Below are positions 46,611 to 56,988 of a DNA stretch of 64,000 bases, piece by piece. Source of the stretch: an uncultured Lachnospiraceae bacterium. Lineage in GTDB: Bacteria; Bacillota; Clostridia; Oscillospirales; CAG-272. Each line of letters opens with the position of its first letter. The stretch's first letter is position 1. The DNA lies in the NCBI GenBank assembly GCA_964653575.1, contig CAZZFP010000002.1, positions 63,303 to 127,302 on the forward strand. The letters run 5' to 3'. The translations under genes were made by a program, and so were the position numbers. The notes beneath the pieces were generated by a model, which saw only the letters and a program-made list of their open reading frames with translations, was not told where the DNA came from and searched no databases.

Positions 46611-48434
46611 ATGACAAAAAAGTTAAGTCTTATACTGTTGCTTGTGCTTGTTTGCTCTTTACTGCTTACAGCCTGCGACAACACTCCCAATCCCGGACCT
46701 GACAGTGGTTCCGACAGTGACACATCAACCTCCGCTCCATCCGACTCCGGTTCTGAGTCTGATTCCGAGTCGGAAAGCACTACACCGGATATTTCAACGA
46801 GCGATCTCGGTATCGTTGTTGACGGAATTGCCGAGTACAGAGTAATACGTTCTGAGACCGCATCGACTGCTGCATCGACTGCGGCAAACATTGTATACAA
46901 CGCTATTTTGGAAGTCACGGGCGTAAGACCGGATTTTTCGGATGATTACATTCTCCGCGGACAGGAACCGAAGCCCGAAGATAAAGAGATACTTATCGGT
47001 ATAACAAACCGCGATGAGTCTCAGGAAGCCTTCAAGGATCTTCCTTACGGCGAATATCTCATAAAGAAGGTCGGCGCAAAGCTCGTCGTTATCGCCTGGG
47101 ATGACAATTCGTTGTTCGACGCTTGCCAGAAGTTGGCGGCGCACATCAGGAGTACAGGTGAGAAAGACAGCCTTACGATATCAAAGGATTATACGGTATC
47201 CGGTACGGGCGTTGATATGCTGAAAGATTTGCCCGTGTATGAATCCGAATCATACAAAGGACAGATAGTAGATCTTGCGGATGAAAGCTATATGTTCTAC
47301 CTTGAAGGTACTAACAAGGCTGAGTTTGACGCATATCTCAAAAAGCTTGAGAACGAGGGATACAAGCAGTTCGCAAGAAAAGAGACCAACGAGTGCATAT
47401 TCACAACATATACAAGTGATAAGTATGTTATCAACACGACGTATACGGGATTTGAAAATAACGTGAGAGTTACCATCGATAATTCCTACGATATGTCTAT
47501 CTTTGAAAAGACGGAATATACAAAGGTCTGCGAGCCTTCCGTAACTATGGTCGGACTTGAGACATACAAGGGCAGTAACGACAGCTACAAATACAACCAG
47601 ATAGGACTTTTCCTCATATTCAGACTTGAGGACGGAAGATTTATCATAGTTGACGGTGGCGGATATACAAGCTATCTTCCCAAAGTCATCTACGAGAATC
47701 TCCAAAACCTCGCAGTAGACAAGAATAACATAACAGTCGCTGCATGGATATTTACACACGCGCACGGTGACCATACAGGCGGCTTTATTCAGTTTGCGAA
47801 CAGTTCTTACAAGAGCAAGGTAAATGTCGAAAACTTTATATTTAACTTCACTACATATTCTCAGTATGAGGGTATTTCCGAAGGAGCCGACCACGGACGT
47901 GCAGATCAGACAAGAGAGGCTATCGCATCCAAATATCCGAAGTCTACCGTAATTAAGGTACATACGGGTCAGGTGCTTCAAGCGGCTGACGTCGAGATGG
48001 AATTTCTCTACACATTTGACGATATTCTTCCCGCAAATCTTACCTATCACAACACGACCTCGCTCGTATTCCGTTACAAGTCGAACGGCTACACCGTTAT
48101 GTGTCTCGGAGATGCTTACACGGTAACGTCCAAACGCCTTGTTAAAATGTACGGAGAATATCTTAAGAGCGACATGGTACAGATCGCGCACCACGGATAT
48201 GTCGGAGGCACCAACGAGCTCTATAAGAACATTGCCGCAACCGTTAACCTCTGGCCGGGCGGTGTCGAAGCGTTCGGCGGAAAGAGAAACCTCAGCGGCG
48301 AGAGCTACAATAAGTACGCGCTTTCGCTTAAATCCGTAAAGGAGACATACGTTGCAGGTAACAAGGTATTCACGTTTGCGGTTCCGTACACACCGGATCC
48401 CAACAATCAGAATACTCTGATAAAAGGCGAATAA
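46611..48434 (+). CDS. Lipoprotein with C-terminal MBL-fold metallo-hydrolase domain
   Basis: Lipobox LLLTAC, Ser/Asp/Thr-rich linker, HxHxDH motif (THAHGDHTGG). Confidence 0.8.
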   Translation: MTKKLSLILLLVLVCSLLLTACDNTPNPGPDSGSDSDTSTSAPSDSGSESDSESESTTPDISTSDLGIVVDGIAEYRVIRSETASTAASTAANIVYNAILEVTGVRPDFSDDYILRGQEPKPEDKEILIGITNRDESQEAFKDLPYGEYLIKKVGAKLVVIAWDDNSLFDACQKLAAHIRSTGEKDSLTISKDYTVSGTGVDMLKDLPVYESESYKGQIVDLADESYMFYLEGTNKAEFDAYLKKLENEGYKQFARKETNECIFTTYTSDKYVINTTYTGFENNVRVTIDNSYDMSIFEKTEYTKVCEPSVTMVGLETYKGSNDSYKYNQIGLFLIFRLEDGRFIIVDGGGYTSYLPKVIYENLQNLAVDKNNITVAAWIFTHAHGDHTGGFIQFANSSYKSKVNVENFIFNFTTYSQYEGISEGADHGRADQTREAIASKYPKSTVIKVHTGQVLQAADVEMEFLYTFDDILPANLTYHNTTSLVFRYKSNGYTVMCLGDAYTVTSKRLVKMYGEYLKSDMVQIAHHGYVGGTNELYKNIAATVNLWPGGVEAFGGKRNLSGESYNKYALSLKSVKETYVAGNKVFTFAVPYTPDPNNQNTLIKGE

Positions 48435-48459
48435 TAATTTTTGGAAGGCAAAGTAGGCT

Positions 48460-48876
48460 ATGACCCAAAGCACGAGCAATTTTTTGGCGTATCTCGATAA
48501 CATCGGGGTGCTTTACAAATACACAGAGAGGCACGGCAGATCCGATATCATTTCTTTTCGGTATAAGCTTGATAACGGAAGGGCCGTGGAAGTGATCGCG
48601 TTTTTTGAGCCCGACGGTAAGAATGCCGCATTCAGATGCTATATGGGTCTTAGCCCTACGCCTTCGAAGAGACTTAAAGCCTTGGAATTTATCAATTCCG
48701 TTAATCAAAAATACAGATGCGTGAAACTTTATCTCGATGAGGATGAGCTTGCCGCAGGGTGCGATGTCCTATTGCCGACGGAAGACACGGGCGGGTATTG
48801 CTACAGATACCTGGAGCTTTTTATATACGTTCTGAACGAGGTGTACGAAAAGGCGGTAAACGAGCTCATAAAGTGA
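48460..48876 (+). CDS. YbjN-like (type III chaperone-fold) domain protein, paralog A (tentative)
   Basis: 138 aa. Shares a collinear pattern with 49397-49816 (DG K.AA.RC, N..N..YR.V, CY..L). Family is assigned by eye. Confidence 0.55.
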   Translation: MTQSTSNFLAYLDNIGVLYKYTERHGRSDIISFRYKLDNGRAVEVIAFFEPDGKNAAFRCYMGLSPTPSKRLKALEFINSVNQKYRCVKLYLDEDELAAGCDVLLPTEDTGGYCYRYLELFIYVLNEVYEKAVNELIK

Positions 48877-48880
48877 GGCT

Positions 48881-49228
48881 GTGTCCGAAGCTTTTGAACA
48901 TTGGCGCGAGGATATAGATCACCAACGGCATTTTAAGGAGAATTTTGGTATGCTTATTAAGAAAACTCAAAGGTGGGAATTTAAGGACGGAGATAAGATC
49001 TATCAGATATCGCTTTCGGTTCCTTTGTTTATTCGCCGTACCGTAAGATTCAAGATTAACGACAGGGAATATCTTCTCAAGCCGCTCAAGGCGATCTCGT
49101 TCGGATTTAAGAGAGAGGAAGCTTTTGCGTTGGGCGGTAACAGAGGAATTCTGCGTATTGCCTTCAACGGAGATGCTTGCATTTTTGTCAACGGAGAAGA
49201 AATAGAAAAAAGCATAAATAACAGCTAA
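48881..49228 (+). CDS. Hypothetical small beta-rich protein
   Basis: GTG start at 48881. An alternative ATG at 48950 has RBS AAGGAG. A strong terminator follows. Confidence 0.45.
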   Translation: MSEAFEHWREDIDHQRHFKENFGMLIKKTQRWEFKDGDKIYQISLSVPLFIRRTVRFKINDREYLLKPLKAISFGFKREEAFALGGNRGILRIAFNGDACIFVNGEEIEKSINNS

Positions 49229-49241
49229 AGTCTGATACAAT

Positions 49242-49318
49242 AAAAGAGCAGAGCCGATCTTGATACTATGTCCAAAGCATTTGATCTTTTGGATGCGAGT
49301 CTTCGGCTCTGCTTTTTT
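49242..49318 (+). terminator. Nested-hairpin intrinsic terminator
   Basis: AAAAGAGCAGAGCCGA...TCGGCTCTGCTTTTTT with an inner TCCAAA..TTTGGA hairpin. Confidence 0.7.
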
Positions 49319-49396
49319 GCTTTTTTGATTGACTTTTTTGAGTTTGCGTAATATAATATAGTATGCTACAACCAATACATACGGAGGGATAATTGA

Positions 49397-49816
49397 ATGC
49401 TCGATACAACCGTTTCATTTGTGAAGTTGCTTGACAGGGAAGGGAAAACATATGATTGCGAGGAGAGACCGGGGCAGTCGGACGTTATTACGCTGAAATT
49501 TGCAGGGGAAAACTGCAACTCTATGGTGATAAGATTTTTCTTTGACGCCGACGGAAAGAGTGCCGCTGTTAGGTGCTTTTCAATATGCAAATTTACCGAT
49601 GAGCAGGCTGAGCTTGCCATAATGGAGTCGAACAAGCTCAACAATGAATACCGCTGGGTCAGATTTTCGGTCGATTCGGATAACGAGGTCGCTGCTTCGT
49701 ACGACGTGATACTGACACCTCAGAATTCCGGAGAAGTATGCTACGAGATACTTGCGAGAATGGTAAATATCATAGATAAGGTTTATCCGAGATTTATGAA
49801 GATACGTTGGAATTGA
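49397..49816 (+). CDS. YbjN-like domain protein, paralog B (tentative)
   Basis: RBS GGAGGG. Collinear similarity to 48460-48876. Confidence 0.55.
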   Translation: MLDTTVSFVKLLDREGKTYDCEERPGQSDVITLKFAGENCNSMVIRFFFDADGKSAAVRCFSICKFTDEQAELAIMESNKLNNEYRWVRFSVDSDNEVAASYDVILTPQNSGEVCYEILARMVNIIDKVYPRFMKIRWN

Positions 49817-49844
49817 TCCGGAGTAATATGTCAATGGGGCTGTT

Positions 49845-51227
49845 TTAATGAGACAGCCCGTTTTTTATTCTTTTCAAAAAGCTATCCGTTTCGGCCTTTA
49901 CCTCGCGGCTCATGCCGCATAGGATGGGAACATTTATAAGAGTCATAAGCCCGAGAGCGAGATCCGAGATCGTCCATATATCATTTGGCGCTATGACGGA
50001 TCCTGCGGCAATAAGCAGGCAGTAAATTGCCTCAAATACGTACACCGCGTTTTTGTTATCGAATAGATATCGAACACATTCAATTCCGTAATGAGCCCAA
50101 CATACTACGGTGGCGTATCCGAAAAGCAGTACGGAGATGGCGAGCAGAGCACCTGCCCAACCGCCGAGCACGGCGGAGTAGGCGCTTATCGTCATCATAA
50201 CGGGATCTTCGGAAAGATGCGAAACGCTGTCGTAGCTTATGAGCACGACCAAAGCCGTCATGGTGCAGAGCACTATCGTGTCTATAAAGACCTCCGCTAT
50301 GCCGAGCACACCTTGCTCGGCGGCAGATCCCGCGTTGGATTCGGCGTGAGCTATCGGCGCGGTTCCGCAACCCGCTTCGTTTGAGAGTACGCCGCGTATC
50401 GTACCGAGGCGCACGGCTCTTGACATAAAAAATCCGAGCACTCCGCCGCCAAGACTTCTGAAGGATAAAGCCTCGGAAAATATGCTGACAAAGGCATCGG
50501 CACAGCGGTCGCTTTTCATTATTAAAACGGATAGGGATAAAACCACATATATGCCGCTCATTACGGGTACTAATACCTCGGTGACCTTAGATATCGCCGA
50601 GCTTCCTTTGACCAAGATTACGGCAACACTTATCGCAATGAGTACGCCGCATAAAAGCTTTGGAAGCTCAAAAACGCCCGATAACGCATACGAGACGGCA
50701 TTTATTTGTATTACGCACCCCATCGTCAGAGAGTCGATTATGCAAAGAACGGCGAAGAGTGCGGCGAGAAAGCCGCCGACACGTCGAAGCCCTGTGATGG
50801 AGAGGCAATCCTTGATGTAATACATAGCGCTTCCGTGCGGTCTGCCCGAGGCGTCAAATCGCCTGTGCCTGTGTGCCAACACGATCTCGCTATATTTCAG
50901 CAGCATTGCCGCAAATGCGCTTATCCACATCCAGAACACTGCGCCCGCACCGCCGAAGGATATGGCACTTGCCACACCGACGATGTTTCCGACGCCGAGC
51001 GTTCCCGCCAAAGCCAGAAGGAGGGCTCTTACGGGAGAGATTCCTTTTTTGTCGGAAGAGGGAGCTTTTTTTGCAAACAGAGGACGCCACAGCTTTATCG
51101 GATGAAGGAGATGAAAAGCCCTGAGTCTAACGATAAAGAAGAGTCCCGCGCCTATCAATACTATGGGTACCGAAGGTCCCACTATTTTTTCGTTGACAAA
51201 TTCCAAACATTTTAAGATCAATATCAT
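49845..51227 (-). CDS. Alanine/glycine:cation symporter (AGCS) family
   Basis: Polytopic 460-aa ORF with AGCS motifs (GGAGAVFWMW, SNEAGCGTAP). Confidence 0.9.
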   Translation of the reverse strand: MILILKCLEFVNEKIVGPSVPIVLIGAGLFFIVRLRAFHLLHPIKLWRPLFAKKAPSSDKKGISPVRALLLALAGTLGVGNIVGVASAISFGGAGAVFWMWISAFAAMLLKYSEIVLAHRHRRFDASGRPHGSAMYYIKDCLSITGLRRVGGFLAALFAVLCIIDSLTMGCVIQINAVSYALSGVFELPKLLCGVLIAISVAVILVKGSSAISKVTEVLVPVMSGIYVVLSLSVLIMKSDRCADAFVSIFSEALSFRSLGGGVLGFFMSRAVRLGTIRGVLSNEAGCGTAPIAHAESNAGSAAEQGVLGIAEVFIDTIVLCTMTALVVLISYDSVSHLSEDPVMMTISAYSAVLGGWAGALLAISVLLFGYATVVCWAHYGIECVRYLFDNKNAVYVFEAIYCLLIAAGSVIAPNDIWTISDLALGLMTLINVPILCGMSREVKAETDSFLKRIKNGLSH

Positions 51228-51477
51228 CGCCTCCGTATATACAGCCGACCGTATAAATACAGTATTTATGATTAAATTTATTCCGTATAAGCAATAATTA
51301 TGAATATTGACGCGGGGATGAGAGGAGCAAGATAAAATTTACAAATTTGCGATTATTTTGTTAAATGTCCGACTATAAGTATAAATTACGGTTGTGATAT
51401 AATACCTAAATAGAGGATAATTGAAATAATTATCGGATCAATAACGTTCTGAACAGAATACCGAAAGGAGACAGCAA

Positions 51478-51828
51478 ATGTCAGATATCAATGAAAAGAA
51501 GCTCTCCGCAGAAGAGCTCGAGTGCGATCATAATTGCGAGGCTTGCGAAGGCGGCTGCGAGGAATGCGATGATAATCTTATCGTGCTTTGCGATGAAGAG
51601 GGTAACGAGACAGTCTTTGAGTGGCTCGACACAGTAGAGTATGAGGGTGAATATTACGGTGTATTCATACCCGTTGATGAGGATACCGAGGATGTCGTTA
51701 TTCTCCATATTACCGTGAATGAAGATGAAGAAGAGATATACGACGGTATCGAAGACGAGGCACTCGTTATGAAGCTCTTCGAGCTCTTTAAGGAGCAGAA
51801 CAAGGATCAGTTCACATTCAGAGATTGA
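51478..51828 (+). CDS. DUF1292 domain protein with Cys-rich N-terminus
   Basis: The acidic core LCDEEGNETVFEWLDTVEYEGEYYGVFIPV is typical of DUF1292. The N-terminal segment is CDHNCEACEGGCEEC. Confidence 0.75.
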   Translation: MSDINEKKLSAEELECDHNCEACEGGCEECDDNLIVLCDEEGNETVFEWLDTVEYEGEYYGVFIPVDEDTEDVVILHITVNEDEEEIYDGIEDEALVMKLFELFKEQNKDQFTFRD

Positions 51829-51891
51829 GTTCTTTTGGATGCGGATCGGTGTTTATAATTTTAAATATATAGATTTGGAGGAAAAAACACT

Positions 51892-52179
51892 ATGACAATC
51901 AAACCTTTAGGCGACCGTGTAGTAGTTAAAGCGGTTGAAGCCGAAGAAAAAACAAAGACCGGTATCATTCTTACGACTGCGGCTCAAGAGAAGCCCCAAG
52001 TAGCAGAGGTAGTGGCAGTGGGCCCCGGCGGGATGGTAGACGGAAAAGAAGTAGTTATGACCGTTAAGGTCGGTGATAAAGTGATCACAAGCAAATATTC
52101 CGGTACGGAAGTTAAATGCGACGGCGTAGAATATAATATCGTTCGCCAGAGCGACATTCTTGCAGTCGTAGAAGACTGA
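51892..52179 (+). CDS. groES: Co-chaperonin GroES
   Basis: IKPLGDRVVVK...GIILT...EYNIVRQSDILAVV. Confidence 0.95.
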   Translation: MTIKPLGDRVVVKAVEAEEKTKTGIILTTAAQEKPQVAEVVAVGPGGMVDGKEVVMTVKVGDKVITSKYSGTEVKCDGVEYNIVRQSDILAVVED

Positions 52180-52193
52180 CTTTAAGGAGGTAA

Positions 52194-53846
<1,653 letters not shown>

Positions 53847-53932
53847 TAGCTTCCGAACTTGAAAATACAAGTTCGATCGGAGACTGAGCTTTAATCTCGG
53901 TTAAAGCTTGTACCGTTCCGAATCCAATATGG

Positions 53933-54002
53933 GGCAGACCCGAAATCGTGTGTCATAAAGCTTATGCTTTTGAGGACGCATATTGCGGGTCTGCCTTTTT
54001 TG
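53933..54002 (+). terminator. groEL nested-hairpin terminator
   Basis: GGCAGACCCG...CGGGTCTGCC followed by TTTTTTT. The inner apex is CATAAAGC-TTAT-GCTTTTGAGG. Confidence 0.7.
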
Positions 54003-54107
54003 TTGACAAAATGTATTGTGCTTTTTTAAAATATGTGATATAATACAAGTATATAAAGGTATGCTCGAGGCTTCGAATGTACCTAAAAATAAAAGGAGAT
54101 TATCTTT

Positions 54108-55541
54108 ATGCCAAAGCATATTTTGTTTATCTTTACCGATCAGCAACGCCGTGATACCATTCACGCTCTCGGTAACGAGTATATTCAAACCCCGTCATAC
54201 GATGCACTTGCCAATACATCGACGGTGTTCGAGACCGCATATACTCCGGCACCCGTCTGCGTTCCGGCACGGCTTTCTATGCTCGCCGGTCAATATGCCG
54301 CAAGAACAGGCTGTAGCAACAACGATTACGGTATCGTATATGACGGGAAGGGCTTCTATGATGCAGTAACCAAAGCCGGATACCGTTCCTGTTGCGTCGG
54401 TAAGATGCACAACGCACAGAGCCTCTATGCCTCGTTGGGATTTGAAAAGCGTTACAGCCAAGAGGAGCTCTCACATCCTGATGATGATTATACGAAATAC
54501 ATAAAGGAAAACTTTCCATATGTTTTTGACTATAACGGAATGAGAAGCGAAATGTATTATGTTCCACAGATCTCTCAGCTTCCGCCGTATGCCCATCCGA
54601 CAAATTGGGTAGGTGACAGGAGCCTTGAATTCCTTGACAGCGTGGACCCGAATGAGAATGTCTTCCTTATGTCCTCGTTTATTCATCCGCATCCGCCGTT
54701 TTGCCCGCCCGCACCGTGGAATAAATTGTACCGCGACGATCTTCCGCTTCCGTACAATCCCGAGCATCCCGAGGATTTTAACAAGCTTGTTACAAAAGCC
54801 TTTTTAACCTCCAATATGGATGTCAGTGACCGGGAGCTCATCAGACTTAAAAATGCTTATTATGCATGCGTTTCCTTCGTTGATTACCAAATAGGAAGAA
54901 TAATCGATAAGCTCAAGGAAAAGGGAATGTACGAGGATACGATGATAATTTGCGCAACGGATCACGGAGAAATGCTCGGAGACTTTTCCGTAATGGGCAA
55001 GCGCTCAATGCTCGACTCCTCCTGCCACATTCCGTTTATGATACATATGCCGGGTCAGACCGAGCAGGTAAAACGCACAGATCCCGTCTCGCTTGTGGAT
55101 ATCGCACCCACGGTTCTCGATTATGTCGGAGTTAAATACGATAAAAATGAATTTGACGGCGTGAGCCTTTTCTCGGGAGAGCATCACGAATATGTATACT
55201 CTCAATACGGCTGTCACGACAGAGGCGCATATATGGTAACGGACGGCGAGCATAAGCTTGTGTTTAACGGCAAGGAGAAAAAGTATTATTATTTTGATAC
55301 CATTCCCGAGGACAGAGCTGATAAATACGATGAAAACGACCCGAATGTTAAGATTCTTAAACCCTTGCTTGACGAATATATGGCAAGCGATGTTGCTCCG
55401 CTCGAAAAAGCCGAATCGGCGGAGAAATCCGAATCGAAAAAGAAGAGAAATCCCCACTATGCCTCAAGGATAGATCACGTCGTAAGACGAGAAGAGGAAG
55501 CCGCCTGCATACCGAAAGGGTATACGATAGATCTCGAATAA
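54108..55541 (+). CDS. Sulfatase (Cys-type), no signal peptide
   Basis: FTDQQRRD...PVCVPARLSMLAGQY (C-x-P-x-R), ATDHGEMLGD. Confidence 0.9.
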   Translation: MPKHILFIFTDQQRRDTIHALGNEYIQTPSYDALANTSTVFETAYTPAPVCVPARLSMLAGQYAARTGCSNNDYGIVYDGKGFYDAVTKAGYRSCCVGKMHNAQSLYASLGFEKRYSQEELSHPDDDYTKYIKENFPYVFDYNGMRSEMYYVPQISQLPPYAHPTNWVGDRSLEFLDSVDPNENVFLMSSFIHPHPPFCPPAPWNKLYRDDLPLPYNPEHPEDFNKLVTKAFLTSNMDVSDRELIRLKNAYYACVSFVDYQIGRIIDKLKEKGMYEDTMIICATDHGEMLGDFSVMGKRSMLDSSCHIPFMIHMPGQTEQVKRTDPVSLVDIAPTVLDYVGVKYDKNEFDGVSLFSGEHHEYVYSQYGCHDRGAYMVTDGEHKLVFNGKEKKYYYFDTIPEDRADKYDENDPNVKILKPLLDEYMASDVAPLEKAESAEKSESKKKRNPHYASRIDHVVRREEEAACIPKGYTIDLE

Positions 55542-55638
55542 AAAAGCAGAATCTAAAAAGATATAAAAAATATAAGAAGGACTTATCACCGTTTGTATAC
55601 AGTGATAAAGCCCTTTGCTTTTGATTTGATTTTACTTT

Positions 55639-55875
55639 TTACGCGGGAGAATATTCTCCTATTCCGCATTCGTGCCACATTTCGTATGTATTTCCGTTGT
55701 GAACACAACGCTTGTCATCGGTGCGGAAATATTTGCAGTTGCCGTAGCATTTTTTGTGATCGGGTTCAAAGTCACCGTATCGACCGCACTCCTCCGACGG
55801 AGATTTGGTATATCCGCTGAATGCGCATTTGTGCTCGCCGACGCGGAAATATCGGCATTCATAACATTTTGCCAT
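55639..55875 (-). CDS. Cys-rich mini-protein (78 aa) made of two 4-Cys half-repeats
   Basis: RBS GGAAGGA. The halves are CYECRYFRVGEHKC...C and CYGNCKYFRTDDKRC...C. Confidence 0.55.
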   Translation of the reverse strand: MAKCYECRYFRVGEHKCAFSGYTKSPSEECGRYGDFEPDHKKCYGNCKYFRTDDKRCVHNGNTYEMWHECGIGEYSPA

Positions 55876-55926
55876 TTTTGTTGATCCTTCCTTTGCTTTT
55901 TAGTGTATCCCGAATTTGTGATGAGT

Positions 55927-56613
55927 TTACCAATCGTTGTGAGAAAAATTGCCGTTTGTGGCGGTGTATGTTACATCAAAGCGACAAAAAGAACTCACAT
56001 TATACGGATCTTCTGATATAACTTTTGCGCCGATATCCTTGTCAAAAGGCATAGCATTGCGAATTTTGGGGATCAAAAGATCCTTTATGACTTCACTCAT
56101 ATTTAGAATTTCATTGTCGCCGGGGTTAAGATTTCTCAAGCCATAGCTTTGAAAATATATTTCTTTCGTAACGCCGTAGATGTCACATTCTAAGTGATCT
56201 TCATAAACGAAAAAGACAAGACTAACGCATATTTCGCTAACGCTAACATCTCTTTTGGCATCCTGTATTCCTTGGATAAAAAATTCGCTCATTTCTTGAA
56301 CAATCTCTCGAACATATTTGCTATCCATGAAAACAGCTTGTTTGGCTTTGGCTTGAGCTTTCTCTGCGCGTCTCGCTTCTTCCCATACACGTTTTTCTTC
56401 TTCCTCTTTGCGTTTCCGTTCTTCCTCTGCGCGTTTTCTTGCCGCCTCTCGGCGCAGTTCTTCAGCTTTTTGTTCTTTACCACGTTTTTTACTCTCTATT
56501 GCATCGGATATTCGTTCACCGAAGAAAAGAATAAGTGGAAAAAACACAATAATTAATGCAATCGGTATACCGATTATCATTGCTAAGATGTCCTCCATTG
56601 ACAATTCCTCCAT
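55927..56613 (-). CDS. Membrane-anchored protein with Lys/Glu/Arg-rich coiled coil and uncharacterised C-terminal domain
   Basis: N-terminal TM helix (ILAMIIGIPIALIIVFFPLILFF), then ~70 aa of KE/R-rich helix, then a 130-aa globular region. Confidence 0.6.
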   Translation of the reverse strand: MEELSMEDILAMIIGIPIALIIVFFPLILFFGERISDAIESKKRGKEQKAEELRREAARKRAEEERKRKEEEEKRVWEEARRAEKAQAKAKQAVFMDSKYVREIVQEMSEFFIQGIQDAKRDVSVSEICVSLVFFVYEDHLECDIYGVTKEIYFQSYGLRNLNPGDNEILNMSEVIKDLLIPKIRNAMPFDKDIGAKVISEDPYNVSSFCRFDVTYTATNGNFSHNDW

Positions 56614-56639
56614 TTCTTATTTACAATGATTTTTTGATT

Positions 56640-56658
56640 TGACATTCGGTGAATGTCA
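56640..56658. promoter_or_regulatory. Perfect inverted repeat, candidate XRE operator
   Basis: TGACATTC-GGT-GAATGTCA, located at about +5 to +23 of the minus-strand promoter. Confidence 0.5.
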
Positions 56659-56669
56659 GCTATGCCATT

Positions 56670-56698
56670 ATTGTAGCATACAATTTTAGGTAAGTCAA
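56670..56698 (-). promoter_or_regulatory. Promoter of the membrane protein / Cys-rich protein operon
   Basis: Minus strand reads TTGACT-17 nt-TACAAT. Confidence 0.5.
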
Positions 56699-56714
56699 GA
56701 GAAAAACGAAAAAA

Positions 56715-56972
56715 ATGAGGTTTTTAATGTTTATTAACAAAGCACCCGATGGAAAAAATAATGTTTGCGGCGGTAATATTGCAAAATTCAGGAAAAATTT
56801 AAAATTATCTCAACGAGCGCTTGCCGATAAGTTGCAGTTGTCGGGTCTTGATGTCGATAAAAATGCGGTTCAGAGGATTGAGGCGGGGAAACGATTTGTT
56901 ACGGATATCGAACTGATCGCGATTTCAAAGGCATTAAATATAAGCGTATGTGAATTGTTGGAAGTCGAATAA
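56715..56972 (+). CDS. XRE family HTH transcriptional regulator
   Basis: LSQRALADKLQLSGLDVDKNAVQRIEAGKR helix-turn-helix. An alternative start is at 56727. Confidence 0.75.
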   Translation: MRFLMFINKAPDGKNNVCGGNIAKFRKNLKLSQRALADKLQLSGLDVDKNAVQRIEAGKRFVTDIELIAISKALNISVCELLEVE

Positions 56973-56988
56973 CAGAGGAGTAATTTAT

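Noticed and set aside
47250-48503. 417-aa ORF on the minus strand
   Set aside because: It is antisense to the MBL-fold lipoprotein gene, which has a lipobox and an HxHxDH motif. There is no RBS and no recognisable domain.
51228-51477. Glycine riboswitch upstream of the AGCS symporter gene (minus strand)
   Set aside because: I read the reverse complement and found none of the conserved GGAGAG...CACCG/CTCTGGAGAG..ACCGAAGGGGCAA-type cores.
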